NCBI GenBank assembly: GCA_963710755.1
Contig: CAVQBK010000003.1
Span: forward strand, 928,001-992,000
Reading direction: 5' to 3'
Length of the DNA: 64,000 nt
DNA from: an uncultured bacterium
GTDB taxonomy: Bacteria > Oederibacteriota > JAAXVQ01 > JAUVAV01
Shown: positions 11,300 to 20,997 of the stretch, one piece after another
Layout of the letters: every line of letters starts with the position of its first letter
Position numbering within the stretch: the first letter of the stretch is position 1
Notes under the pieces: model-generated
What the model saw: only the letters and a program-made list of their open reading frames with translations
Told to the model about the DNA's origin: nothing
Database searches by the model: none
Translations under genes and position numbers: made by a program

Positions 11300-12937
11300 A
11301 TGGTAAAAGGAAAACCCATTAGACGCACCCGGCCAATGTTGACACCATTGGCTTTGCAAGAACGGGAAATGATTATATCTGCTGATGATGAACTGACACG
11401 AATTGCTTTTTTAGAAAATGGGCGGTTGGCGGAATATTATGCCGAACGCCATGTGGAACGCACGGTGGTCGGCAATATCTACAAAGGCGTAGTCACGGCT
11501 GTGCTGCCTGGCCTGCAAGCTGCTTTTATTGATATGGGACTGGAGAAGAGCGGATTTTTGCATGCCCGCGATGTGCTTACGGGCACTATGACCATTGAGG
11601 ATTATATCCAGGCCAAGCAGGCCAGCAAAAATGAAGAAACCTTGAGCGCCGAGGAAGCTGTCCAACAGGAAACCAGACAGGGGAAAGGTCTTAGTAGCAG
11701 CGGCCGGGGTGGGAAAGTCCTGATACAAAATGTGCTCAAAAAAGGCGACGAACTCCTGGTGCAAATTGAGAAAGAACCGATTTCCACCAAAGGGCCGCGT
11801 ATTACCGGGCAAATCTCCCTGCCTTCACGTCTGGTGGTGCTTATTCCCCAAGCCGAGCATGTGGGGGTCTCTCATCGCATTGCCGATGAGAGTGAACGAA
11901 CCCGCTTAAAAAAGATCCTGGATACCTTGGTGCCCAAGGATTTTGGGGTTATTGCCCGCACCTCCGCCGTGGGCGCCACGGAAAATGATCTTAAATCAGA
12001 AATTAATTATTTGCTCAAGCTTTGGAAAAAAATCAAAGCCAAGGAAAAAAAAGTACGTGCCCCGGCGGTGATCCATGCAGAAGAAGGCTTGCTGCAGCGA
12101 GTGGCGCGGGACATGCTCAGTAAGGAAGACAATCGCATTATCATCGACGCCGGGGCGGATAACCGCAAGTTAAAACAATCGCTGGGCTTCATGCTGTCGT
12201 CCATTAAACCCAATATTGAACTCTACAAAGGCGATCAGCCCATATTTGAGGTGCTCAATCTGGAGGCAGAGATTGAAAAAGCCCTGCGCCCCAAGGTGTG
12301 GCTGAAATGCGGCGGCTATCTGGTTATTGAAGAAACGGAAGCTTTGGTGGTGGTGGATGTCAACACCGGCCGCAATGTAGGCAAAGGTCATCAGGACGAA
12401 ACCATTTTCAAAACCAATATGGAAGCAGCCGAGGAGATTGGACGGCAACTGCGTTTGCGTGATCTGGGCGGCATCATTGTCCTCGATTTTATTGACATGC
12501 GTCATGCTGATCAAAAAGAACGGCTCTTTAAAACCTTGTCCAAAATATTAACCCGTGACCGGGCCAAGACCAGCATCCGGCGGTTGACAGATCTAGGGTT
12601 GATTGAGATGACGCGCAAGCGGGTGAGAAGCAGCTTGCTTAGAACCTTGTGCGATCCCTGCCCGCTTTGCCAGGGACGGGGCTGGATCAGCTCCAAGGAA
12701 ACGGTGCGGATGAAATTAAAACGGGCCATGGAACGAGCCCGCCGGCTTACAGATGAAGCTGCCTTTCAGCTGGAGGTTTCGCCCCATTGGCGCTACCATA
12801 TCGGGGAAGAAGCCCTGTTGGAACAAGGCAGGAAACAAAAAATCAAGTTGAGTGTGGCTACCAAAAGTGACCTTAGGAGTGAAGAATTCCGCCTGCTTTC
12901 CACGGCCACGGGCTTGGTAATTGTGGGGAACGATTAG
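11300..12937 (+). CDS. rng: ribonuclease G (Rne/Rng family)
   Basis: GNIYKGVV..VLPGLQAAF, KEPISTKGPR, VDVNTG, LRLRDLGGIIVLDFIDM, CPLCQGRG. Confidence 0.96.
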   Translation: MVKGKPIRRTRPMLTPLALQEREMIISADDELTRIAFLENGRLAEYYAERHVERTVVGNIYKGVVTAVLPGLQAAFIDMGLEKSGFLHARDVLTGTMTIEDYIQAKQASKNEETLSAEEAVQQETRQGKGLSSSGRGGKVLIQNVLKKGDELLVQIEKEPISTKGPRITGQISLPSRLVVLIPQAEHVGVSHRIADESERTRLKKILDTLVPKDFGVIARTSAVGATENDLKSEINYLLKLWKKIKAKEKKVRAPAVIHAEEGLLQRVARDMLSKEDNRIIIDAGADNRKLKQSLGFMLSSIKPNIELYKGDQPIFEVLNLEAEIEKALRPKVWLKCGGYLVIEETEALVVVDVNTGRNVGKGHQDETIFKTNMEAAEEIGRQLRLRDLGGIIVLDFIDMRHADQKERLFKTLSKILTRDRAKTSIRRLTDLGLIEMTRKRVRSSLLRTLCDPCPLCQGRGWISSKETVRMKLKRAMERARRLTDEAAFQLEVSPHWRYHIGEEALLEQGRKQKIKLSVATKSDLRSEEFRLLSTATGLVIVGND

Positions 12938-13033
12938 GCGGTACTTGAAGTTTCCCTAAACTTCCCGCAAGGTCATTGGATAATATCCGCCCGGTGGCTC
13001 AAAAGGCTGACCGTCAGGAAGGGGAGAAATCCC

Positions 13034-13759
13034 ATGTTTGAAAACATCAAAGCTATTTTTGAAAAAGATCCGGCCGCACGCAACCTGGTGGAAGTCATTT
13101 TTTGTTATCCCGGCTTGCATGCCCTTTGGTTGCATCGTTGCAGTCATTTTTTATGGGAAATCAAACTAAAAACCCTGGCCCGCATGCTGTCCAACTTTGG
13201 CCGGTTTCTCACGGCCGTGGAGATCCATCCGGCGGCTAAAATCGGCAAGAGTGTGGTTATTGATCATGGTTTTGGCGTGGTCATCGGTGAAACCGCGGAA
13301 GTGGGGGACCGGGTGTTGATTTATCAGGGCGTGACCCTGGGCGGGACGTCCCTGGAAAAAGTGAAACGCCATCCTACCATTGAGTCCGATGTGGTCATCG
13401 GTGCCGGAGCCAAAGTGCTCGGTAATTTACGGGTGGGCATGGGCGCCAAGATCGGCACCATGGCCGTGGTGGTACGCGATGTGCCGGCAGGGTGCACGGT
13501 GGTGGGCAATCCGGGTAAAGTGGTGCGCTTGGCTTCGGGCGAACGTCCGCCATCTCCCTTGGATCATAATAAACTGCCTGATCCGGTGGCCGATGTGGTG
13601 CACCATTTAGATAACCGAATTAACGCGCTGACCAAATTAATGGAAGAAAAAGGATGTTTTACATCGGAAGAGTTTGAACGGCGCCACATGGCCGAAGAAG
13701 AAGTGTATGTTAATTCTTTCCTGGAGCAAGACGCTAACCACAGTTCGAAGAAAGAATAA
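13034..13759 (+). CDS. cysE: serine O-acetyltransferase
   Basis: DPAARN, YPGLHA, EIHPAA, IDHGFGVVIGETA, TLGGT..KRHPT. Confidence 0.97.
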   Translation: MFENIKAIFEKDPAARNLVEVIFCYPGLHALWLHRCSHFLWEIKLKTLARMLSNFGRFLTAVEIHPAAKIGKSVVIDHGFGVVIGETAEVGDRVLIYQGVTLGGTSLEKVKRHPTIESDVVIGAGAKVLGNLRVGMGAKIGTMAVVVRDVPAGCTVVGNPGKVVRLASGERPPSPLDHNKLPDPVADVVHHLDNRINALTKLMEEKGCFTSEEFERRHMAEEEVYVNSFLEQDANHSSKKE

Positions 13760-14118
13760 ACTCAGGGTTGTGTCTCACGCATTTAGTATATTATACCGCT
13801 TTTTTTGAGATCCTGCGCGCCATCAGCAAAGTTGCTTTTTCGGTCCCAAAAGCAGGCTCGCGGAACAAGCCATGGGCCCTCTCCTTGGCGCCCTACCACA
13901 AAAGCCTTGAAATCATGGATGAGCCACGTTGATAAAGCTGAGCAACTAATGGCTCAGCCTCCTAGTGCCTGACCGTCCCAAAATCAGAAATTCCATGGGA
14001 GAAACACACTTTTGCTTGCGCAGGTTCATGAATTCAGCTAAAGTTAAGTCCTTTGATGCGGTGATTTTTCCATGCCTGCCTTATGACTTTGACAAGCATT
14101 ACATTGGGGAGAACGACC

Positions 14119-14898
14119 ATGATCAACCACAACCGTCCATCATTCAGGCAACTGATCAATTGGAAGCTTTTTTTTGTGCTATGGGGTGCAGCCCTGGTCA
14201 GTGTGGCCGCGCTCTTTCCTTATTTATTAGCCTTGCAAAAGGATGCTTTGGCCCATATTCCCTTACCTTTACCCCTGTTGCTGGTCCTAACCCTGGCTCA
14301 AAACGGTATTATCTTTGCCCTGGTTATCTTTGGGGGCTTATGGTTCGCCAAACAAGTAGGGTTGGGCCTGCCCTTGTTGGAACAGGTCCTGCAAAAGCAG
14401 ATACCCAGTCGTACTTGGTGGCCGAGGTTGGTTGTAAGTTTGGTCCTGGGGCTGGCCACGGGCGTGGTGATTGCTATCCTCGATCGCTGGTTTCATCATT
14501 TGGGGGTCACTCTGTCCTTGGGTCGAGAATCCCATCTTGTATGGCAAGGCCTGTTGGCGTCCTTTTACGGGGGCATTGGTGAAGAGTTATTAATGCGCCT
14601 GGGGCTGATGTCTTGCTTTATCTGGTTGTTTGTGAAGGTGTTCCACCCGCGCGATAACCGGGCCGTTATTTGGTTGTCCATTTTCATCACAGCATTGTTA
14701 TTTGGCCTGGGACACTTACCGGTTACAGCGTCCCTTTTGACGTTGACCCCACTAGTTATCATTAGAGCTCTGGTGCTCAACGGTCTGGGAGGATTGGTTT
14801 TTGGGTGGTTGTTCTGGAAACAGGGGCTGGAAGCCGCCATGGTGGCCCATTTTTCTGCGGATATCATTTTACATGTCTTTGCACCGTTGCTGGGATAG
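14119..14898 (+). CDS. CPBP (Abi/CAAX) intramembrane glutamic endopeptidase
   Basis: GIGEELLMR, FGLGHLP, AAMVAH motifs; multiple TM helices. Confidence 0.92.
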   Translation: MINHNRPSFRQLINWKLFFVLWGAALVSVAALFPYLLALQKDALAHIPLPLPLLLVLTLAQNGIIFALVIFGGLWFAKQVGLGLPLLEQVLQKQIPSRTWWPRLVVSLVLGLATGVVIAILDRWFHHLGVTLSLGRESHLVWQGLLASFYGGIGEELLMRLGLMSCFIWLFVKVFHPRDNRAVIWLSIFITALLFGLGHLPVTASLLTLTPLVIIRALVLNGLGGLVFGWLFWKQGLEAAMVAHFSADIILHVFAPLLG

Positions 14899-15025
14899 TG
14901 ATCTTGATGGCGGACCAACATCCGGTTATAAAGAAAAAAGGTATTGTATTAATTTTTGGACAGGCAGATAATTACGCCGTGGGCCATTCAGTACAGGGTC
15001 CCGGTTACTTTGGGAGGTGAATGAT

Positions 15026-15448
15026 ATGACAATTACCAAAGAAGAATTAATTGCAGGGTTAAACAAGGATCTGGAATGGGAGTATGCCGCAGCCGTTCAG
15101 TATGTGCAGCATGCGGCCGTGATTACGGGTCCTCAGTATGAAGGTATCCAGAAAGAACTGATTATTCATTCCCAGGAAGAAATGGCCCATGCGGTTATGG
15201 TCTCGGAACAAATTGATTTTTTGGGCGGGGTCCCCACGGTGGATGTGGAAGCCCGGGAAGTCTCGGCTCAAGGCAAAACCATGTTGGAACAGGATTTAAA
15301 AGGTGAAGAAGATGCCATCAGCCGATATAAAACCCGTATTGCCCAGGCTGAAGCCTTAAAGGAATACGGCCTGCGCCGGGTATTGGAAGATATTCTTTTA
15401 CAGGAAGAAGAACATAAGCGCGACCTTCTGACCGCTTTGGAAAAATAA
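15026..15448 (+). CDS. ferritin-like/bacterioferritin family protein
   Basis: LNKDLEWEYAAAVQY, EEMAHA, IDFLGGVP, EEEH di-iron ligands. Confidence 0.9.
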   Translation: MTITKEELIAGLNKDLEWEYAAAVQYVQHAAVITGPQYEGIQKELIIHSQEEMAHAVMVSEQIDFLGGVPTVDVEAREVSAQGKTMLEQDLKGEEDAISRYKTRIAQAEALKEYGLRRVLEDILLQEEEHKRDLLTALEK

Positions 15449-15469
15449 GGTTTTTTAGCCGGCTTACGG

Positions 15470-15510
15470 AATGCTGCCGCCAGGAGTCAATCCGCCTCCT
15501 GGCGGGCATT
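15470..15510. other. strong stem-loop after the ferritin gene
   Basis: CCGCCAGGAG (15477-15486) pairs with CTCCTGGCGG (15496-15505), extended by AATGC/GCATT; no U-tract. Confidence 0.55.
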
Positions 15511-15538
15511 AAGCTTGATGGAAATCCACTTTCCTTCA

Positions 15539-15566
15539 TTGACAACCCTTTAAAAAACTGTAAAAT
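15539..15566 (+). promoter_or_regulatory. sigma70-type promoter upstream of spt-cerS
   Basis: TTGACA-N16-TAAAAT. Confidence 0.6.
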
Positions 15567-15651
15567 TCTTGTTTATTCTTCCCGGAGGGCGTGGGCAGAG
15601 GCCTGCAGGGGCAAGGCCTATATGGCCATGATCTTGATCAGCTCGGAAATC

Positions 15652-15687
15652 AACACCGGGCAGTAAGCTGCCCGGTGTTTTATATTT
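15652..15687 (+). terminator. intrinsic terminator-like hairpin in the spt-cerS leader
   Basis: Perfect 12-bp stem AACACCGGGCAG-taag-CTGCCCGGTGTT followed by TTATATTT. Confidence 0.65.
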
Positions 15688-15712
15688 AAAACCAATCATA
15701 GAGGTGTATGCA

Positions 15713-18055
15713 ATGGATCTTTTCGATAAGGCTTTTGAGTTTAATCGCCCCCAAGAGGTGATGGACCTGGGCCTTTATCCCTATTTTCGAATGAACGAGA
15801 CCGCGGTGGATACGACCACCATCATGAATGGCCGCAAAACCGTGATGATCGGATCCAATAATTACCTGGGATTAACCGCGCATCCGGAAGTTAAGGAAGC
15901 GGCCATGAAAGCTGTGGAGAAATACGGTACCGGTTGTACGGGTTCGCGCTTCCTGAACGGTACCATTGATCTGCATGTGGAATTGGAAGAAAAGCTGGCC
16001 AAGTTTATGAAAAAAGAGGCTGCTTTGGTTTATACCACAGGTTTTACCACCAATCAGGGCGTAATCTCCACTTTGGTACAGCGGGGCGATGTGGTCATAT
16101 CAGACCGTACCAACCATGCGTCTATTCTGGACGGATGCCGTCTTTCCTACGGCAAACTGATTAAATTCCGTCATAATGATATGGAGGATCTGGAACGTAT
16201 TTTAAAAAGCCTGGAAGGCAAAGATGTGGGGAAATTGATTGTGGTCGATGGCGTATTTTCCATGGAAGGCGATCTGGCTGATCTCCACCATATTGTACCC
16301 TTGGCTAAAAAATACGGCGCCCGGCTTATGGTGGATGAAGCCCATGGCTTGGGAGTGCTGGGTAAACGGGGCCGTGGCACCTGTGAGGAATTGGGGGTGC
16401 TGGATCAGGTGGATCTAGTCATGGGCACCTTCTCTAAGTCTTTTGCCAGTCTGGGTGGTTTTGTGGTAGGGGAAAAGAAAGTCATCAGCTACCTCAAACA
16501 TACGTCACGAGCTTTTATCTTTCAAGCTGCACCGCCACCATCGGCTGTGGCGGCGGCCTTGAAGGCTCTGGAAATTCTGCAACGCGAGCCGGAACGGCTG
16601 ACTAAATTGAAAGAAAACGTGTCCTACATGCTCAAAGAGATCAAGGCTGCCGGGTTTAGAACCTGGCCGACCGAGTCGGCTATTATTCCCATCATTGTTG
16701 GCGATGATCTCAAAACCTTCCAATTTTCCAAAATGCTCGAGATGGAAGGCGTCTATGTTAATCCTGTAGTCTCGCCCGCCGTACCTGCGGGATTCTCGGC
16801 TTTGCGAACTTCCTATACTGCCAAACATTCCCGGGAAGAGCTGGATTTTGCCTTGGAAAAATTAAAAAAAGTCGGTAAAGCCTTGGGCCTGATTGGGCCC
16901 AATGCGCCGGGCGCACCTGTAGATGTGATCCCGGTCACCAGCAGCAGCAAGGATAAAGAAAAAAACAAACGGTTGCAAAAGCAATTCATCCAATTGCCCT
17001 GGACTATTTACAAGCAGGATCCTCATTGGGTGCCGCAGGTGATTTCCGATGCAGAACGCATTTTTGACAAAGAGGACAACATTTTTTATAAACACGGTGA
17101 TGCCCAAGCCTTTGTGGTTCGACGGGGTGACAAGGTGGTGGGGCGTATTGTGGCGGCTATTGATTATCGAGCCAATGACCAGCTCAAGGAAAAAGCAGGG
17201 TTTTTCGGATTCTTTGAGGTCGATCATGATGTTAATGCGGCCCAGGCCCTGCTTCAAGCAGCACGAGATTGGCTGACTGAGCGGCATATGACCGTAATGC
17301 GAGGGCCCATGCCCTTTTCGTCCTTCGACGGGCTGGGTTGCCTGGTAGAAGGCTTTGAGGCTGGGCCGGCCATTATGATGCCCTACAATCCGGCTTATTA
17401 CGCCGAGTTTTTTGAAAAATTCGGGTTGGAAAAAAAGCAGGATTTGTATGCCTACTGGATCGATGCGCGCAAGTCCTTGTCGGACCGCTTGGAAAAGCTG
17501 GCCATACGCACTGAGGAAAAAGAAGGGGTTAAAGTACGTCGTCTGCGGGCCAGTCGTTTTCGCAAGGAAATGGCCAATATTATGGACATCTTTAATGATG
17601 CCAACAGTCAGGACAAACAGTACATTCCCCTAAGCCACAATGACCTGACCTTTTTAATTGCCAAGTTGAAACCAGTGATAGAACCGGAATTGGTGCATTT
17701 CGTGGAAGTAGATAAAAAGCCGGTAGCCTTCTCCGTCATTCTGCCTGATTACAATCAGGTGCTTAAGAAGATCGACGGCAAGATCGGTGTCACCAACTGG
17801 CTCAAATCTATTTTCTATTCCAAGCAGATTAACAGCGTTCGTTTTGCCATGCTGGGTGTGCGTAAAGCTTATCGACGTCGCGGCTTGGAAACGCTCTTGT
17901 ATGTAGAATCTTTTAAAGCAGCCAAGGCCTTGGGCTACACAGGAGGGGAATTGTCCTGGGTACCTCAGGAAGACAAAGTAGTCTCCAAAACCATTGAAAA
18001 AAACGGCGGGCAGCATACCAAAACCTACCGGCTTTATGAAATTTCCATTGCCTGA
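15713..18055 (+). CDS. spt: serine palmitoyltransferase (PLP AOS family) fused to GNAT-like bacterial ceramide synthase domain
   Basis: N-half: LYPYFR, GSNNYLGL, GTGCTGSRFLNGT, DEAHG, GTFSKS. C-half: FIQLPWTIY.DPHWVP, GRIVA, GFFGFFE, MRGP, MMPYNPAYY, GELSW, KTYRLY. GAGGTG RBS before ATG 15713. Confidence 0.85.
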   Translation: MDLFDKAFEFNRPQEVMDLGLYPYFRMNETAVDTTTIMNGRKTVMIGSNNYLGLTAHPEVKEAAMKAVEKYGTGCTGSRFLNGTIDLHVELEEKLAKFMKKEAALVYTTGFTTNQGVISTLVQRGDVVISDRTNHASILDGCRLSYGKLIKFRHNDMEDLERILKSLEGKDVGKLIVVDGVFSMEGDLADLHHIVPLAKKYGARLMVDEAHGLGVLGKRGRGTCEELGVLDQVDLVMGTFSKSFASLGGFVVGEKKVISYLKHTSRAFIFQAAPPPSAVAAALKALEILQREPERLTKLKENVSYMLKEIKAAGFRTWPTESAIIPIIVGDDLKTFQFSKMLEMEGVYVNPVVSPAVPAGFSALRTSYTAKHSREELDFALEKLKKVGKALGLIGPNAPGAPVDVIPVTSSSKDKEKNKRLQKQFIQLPWTIYKQDPHWVPQVISDAERIFDKEDNIFYKHGDAQAFVVRRGDKVVGRIVAAIDYRANDQLKEKAGFFGFFEVDHDVNAAQALLQAARDWLTERHMTVMRGPMPFSSFDGLGCLVEGFEAGPAIMMPYNPAYYAEFFEKFGLEKKQDLYAYWIDARKSLSDRLEKLAIRTEEKEGVKVRRLRASRFRKEMANIMDIFNDANSQDKQYIPLSHNDLTFLIAKLKPVIEPELVHFVEVDKKPVAFSVILPDYNQVLKKIDGKIGVTNWLKSIFYSKQINSVRFAMLGVRKAYRRRGLETLLYVESFKAAKALGYTGGELSWVPQEDKVVSKTIEKNGGQHTKTYRLYEISIA

Positions 18056-18267
18056 TTGGGGTTTATTGCTAAAAAGCTCATGGGCATGAAAGCTTTCCAT
18101 GGTGCGGTACATGTCATAGGCAATATGAAAAAAATATTTCCAGGGTAACGGCTATTTGTCCGGTGCCGAGGGGAAGCCTGTATCCTGCGCTGCAACATCT
18201 CTTTTCACCGACATGAAATCTTGGATCTACCGCCACCACCGTAGGCTCTATAACATGAGGAGCGTCT

Positions 18268-18957
18268 ATGAAAATCGTTGGCCTGGCCGCTTCGCCGCGG
18301 CGACAGGGTAATACGCACCGGCTTTTGGCGTACTTTCTTGACAGCTGCAGCCGGCTGGGAGCACAAACTACATTTTACAGCACCTGTGACTATCGCGTGG
18401 ACTTTTGCCGGGCCTGCGAGCAGTGCATGCGTCGCGGCGACTGCCCGGTGCCAGATGATTACCTGCCCCTGCTACCCGCGATTATGGAAGCCGATGCCTT
18501 GGTGTTGGCCACCCCCAATTATGCCTTTGACTGGTCCGGTCAACTCAAAACGGTTATTGATCGCAGCCATGCTTTTCTTTATTATACCCAGGCCTTAAAG
18601 GGCAAGTACGGTGTGGGTATTTGCGTGGCCGGCCATCCGGCCATGAGCAAAGCCATTGCCAAGCGGTGCGGCCAAGCGGTCTGGTTATGCGGAGGGGCCT
18701 ATGTAGGCGCCTTGACCGGTATTTCCAAACACCGTGATAAAAAAGGATTTATCCACGAAAAAAAAGTCTATGCCCAAGCAGATAAAATAGCCCAACGCCT
18801 GGTTCATGCCATTCAAACTCACCGGCCCTATGGCCTCCAACAATGGTTGCGTGAAACCTTCATTGTTTCCAAATTAAAAAAAATATTTACCCGACGGCAA
18901 CAGGAATTTCCTTATGTCTATCAGCGTTTGTGCCAAAGCGTGAAGTACCAGGATTAA
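18268..18957 (+). CDS. flavodoxin family iron-sulfur flavoprotein (NADPH-dependent FMN reductase fold)
   Basis: ASPRRQGNT, CRACEQC-x5-C, LATPNY, QLKTVIDR. Confidence 0.88.
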   Translation: MKIVGLAASPRRQGNTHRLLAYFLDSCSRLGAQTTFYSTCDYRVDFCRACEQCMRRGDCPVPDDYLPLLPAIMEADALVLATPNYAFDWSGQLKTVIDRSHAFLYYTQALKGKYGVGICVAGHPAMSKAIAKRCGQAVWLCGGAYVGALTGISKHRDKKGFIHEKKVYAQADKIAQRLVHAIQTHRPYGLQQWLRETFIVSKLKKIFTRRQQEFPYVYQRLCQSVKYQD

Positions 18958-19088
18958 CCTGGTGCCCAGGAGAAGCGCCTGGGGAAGTTATTTTTTCCTG
19001 GCCAATCGGGAAATAGCTTTGTAAAGTGAATCTGATTTAAGCGGCCTTGTCAGGAGAGACACCAGCAACCATCGGGAGGAAAAAAACC

Positions 19089-19955
19089 ATGAACATCCGG
19101 CTATCTGTAGCAGGGCTTTTTTTACTGGCTTTTTTCGGCGGACTTTCAGTAGTACAAGGGGAAGAATCGCAAACCAATGGGTCTGGTCCCTGGGATCGGG
19201 AATTGATTATTCAGATTAACCTGGCGCAAAACAGTTTTGATAACTGGGTGAGCGGCGGCGACAATGCCCTGACCTGGCAAGGGCTGATAAGAGGTCATCT
19301 CAATTACAACCAAGACGCTTGGAGCTGGAAGCAGCGTACTCGGCTTGTATACGGTCAAACCCAGGTGAACAATGACGCTGTGAAAAAAAACGGCGATGAA
19401 ATCATGGTGGAGGAAATGGGAACTTACCGCTTGAAATCTTGGCTGACGCCCTTTATGGCGGTCAAATGGCAAACTCAATTTACGGAAGGCTACGATTACA
19501 GCCAGACACCGGCCGTGGCCGTCTCGAATTTTATGGATCCCGGGTATCTGACGGAAAGCATTGGACTCAGCTATGAAATAAAAAAAGTTTTTTCCACCCG
19601 CCTGGGTTTTGCAGCCAAGCAAACCTTTGCCAACCAATTTGCCGCTCTATATAGTGACCGCAAAGACACCACTCAGGTGGAACAGGTAAAAAATGACTTG
19701 GGTATGGAATCCGTGACCACCGTAGCCTGGCAACTCGACGATCACACGCTGTTGACCTCGGGTCTGACTTTGTTTTCATCGCTGGATGCCATTGACCGCA
19801 CTGATGTGAATTGGGAAAATCAACTGGTGGCTCAACTCAACAGTTTTTTGAATGTCAATTTCAGTGTCGATCTGGTCTATGACCATGATATCTCCGCCAA
19901 ACGTCAGCTCAAGGAAATTTTGGGCCTGGGCCTAACCTATACCCTGATTAAGTAG
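19089..19955 (+). CDS. DUF3078-like outer-membrane beta-barrel protein
   Basis: Signal peptide, QNSFDNWVSGG, TQFTEGY, SNFMDPGY, C-terminal QLKEILGLGLTY. Confidence 0.85.
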   Translation: MNIRLSVAGLFLLAFFGGLSVVQGEESQTNGSGPWDRELIIQINLAQNSFDNWVSGGDNALTWQGLIRGHLNYNQDAWSWKQRTRLVYGQTQVNNDAVKKNGDEIMVEEMGTYRLKSWLTPFMAVKWQTQFTEGYDYSQTPAVAVSNFMDPGYLTESIGLSYEIKKVFSTRLGFAAKQTFANQFAALYSDRKDTTQVEQVKNDLGMESVTTVAWQLDDHTLLTSGLTLFSSLDAIDRTDVNWENQLVAQLNSFLNVNFSVDLVYDHDISAKRQLKEILGLGLTYTLIK

Positions 19956-19968
19956 TTTTTTTTAAAAG

Positions 19969-20997
19969 CTAAGGCAGACGCTGGGAGCCGTGGAGATGTT
20001 GAAGGACCTCCTGATAACGGCGATGCAAGGATTGGTAGCGTTGAGCCTCGGCCGGGAAATGTTCCTGATAAATAGCCAAGGCCCGGCGGAACAAGCTGGC
20101 CGCCTCGGACCATTGGTTCTGGCTGGAAAAAATAGAACCCAAGAGCTCCATATCCTGAGCCACCCGGGGATGCAATTTACCGCGGTAGTCCTGGTCAAAG
20201 GTGAGCAATTGTTCTGCAAGTGGCCGGGCTTGCTGGAAACGCCGATCTTGCACATAGAGACTTACCAGATTAAACAGAGACTGGCTGTAATTCTCAACGT
20301 TCATTATGGGCGCGGCTACACTGAGTAATTGAAAGCGCCGGGTGGCCAGGGCGATGGCCTCCTTGAGACGGTTTTGGCGACGGTAGATATTTTCCAAACT
20401 TAAAAGATAACTGTTTAACTCAGGATGATTTGGACCCAACCGTTTTTCCTGCTCCTGCAGCAGGGTTTGGTATAATGACTCAGCCTGTTTATCTTTGTTC
20501 TGAGCTTCATAAATAACGGCCAAGTTAGACATGACCTCCAGCAGTAACGGATGGTGGGCCGGAAACTGGGCGGTAATTATGCTCAAGCCCCGCTGGCCAT
20601 AGGCCTCAGCCTTGCCATAATGGCCTTCATAACGAAGCAATTCGGACAGTCGCAGACACAATAAGCCCACTTGGGCATGCGTGGGGCCAAGGCGCATTTC
20701 TTCAGCTGTCAGCATCTGATAGAGCACCGCTTCTGCCTGCGGGTATTGTCCGGTAATGGAGTAAAGAAAAACCAGATTATTCATGGCCAAGTCCACATAA
20801 GCCTGGTCCTCGGCAAACAGGGTTCGGGCCAGGTCCAGGGATTGCCTGGCCAGGGCAATGGATTGCTGGTAATGGCCCTCGTGAAAGGCTTTGGCTGTGT
20901 CGCGGTTTATTTTATTCCATTGCTCAAAGGGGGTGCAACCAACCATGATCATGGTTAAAGTCAGAATTAATGCTGGAAATAACCTGATTAAGCGCAT
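19969..20997 (-). CDS. TPR-repeat lipoprotein
   Basis: Lipobox MVGC; kinesin-light-chain-like repeats (LGPTHAQV, LGPNHPEL, HPRVAQD). Confidence 0.85.
   Translation of the reverse strand: MRLIRLFPALILTLTMIMVGCTPFEQWNKINRDTAKAFHEGHYQQSIALARQSLDLARTLFAEDQAYVDLAMNNLVFLYSITGQYPQAEAVLYQMLTAEEMRLGPTHAQVGLLCLRLSELLRYEGHYGKAEAYGQRGLSIITAQFPAHHPLLLEVMSNLAVIYEAQNKDKQAESLYQTLLQEQEKRLGPNHPELNSYLLSLENIYRRQNRLKEAIALATRRFQLLSVAAPIMNVENYSQSLFNLVSLYVQDRRFQQARPLAEQLLTFDQDYRGKLHPRVAQDMELLGSIFSSQNQWSEAASLFRRALAIYQEHFPAEAQRYQSLHRRYQEVLQHLHGSQRLP

Noticed and set aside
12938-13033. T-box leader before cysE
   Set aside because: Too short, with no GGTGGNACCGCG T-box or terminator.
15713-16900. BioF or Kbl call for the PLP domain
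   Set aside because: YPYF, GSRFLNGT and GTFSKS plus fusion to a bCerS-like domain favour Spt; no bio or tdh genes nearby. Phylogeny is still needed.
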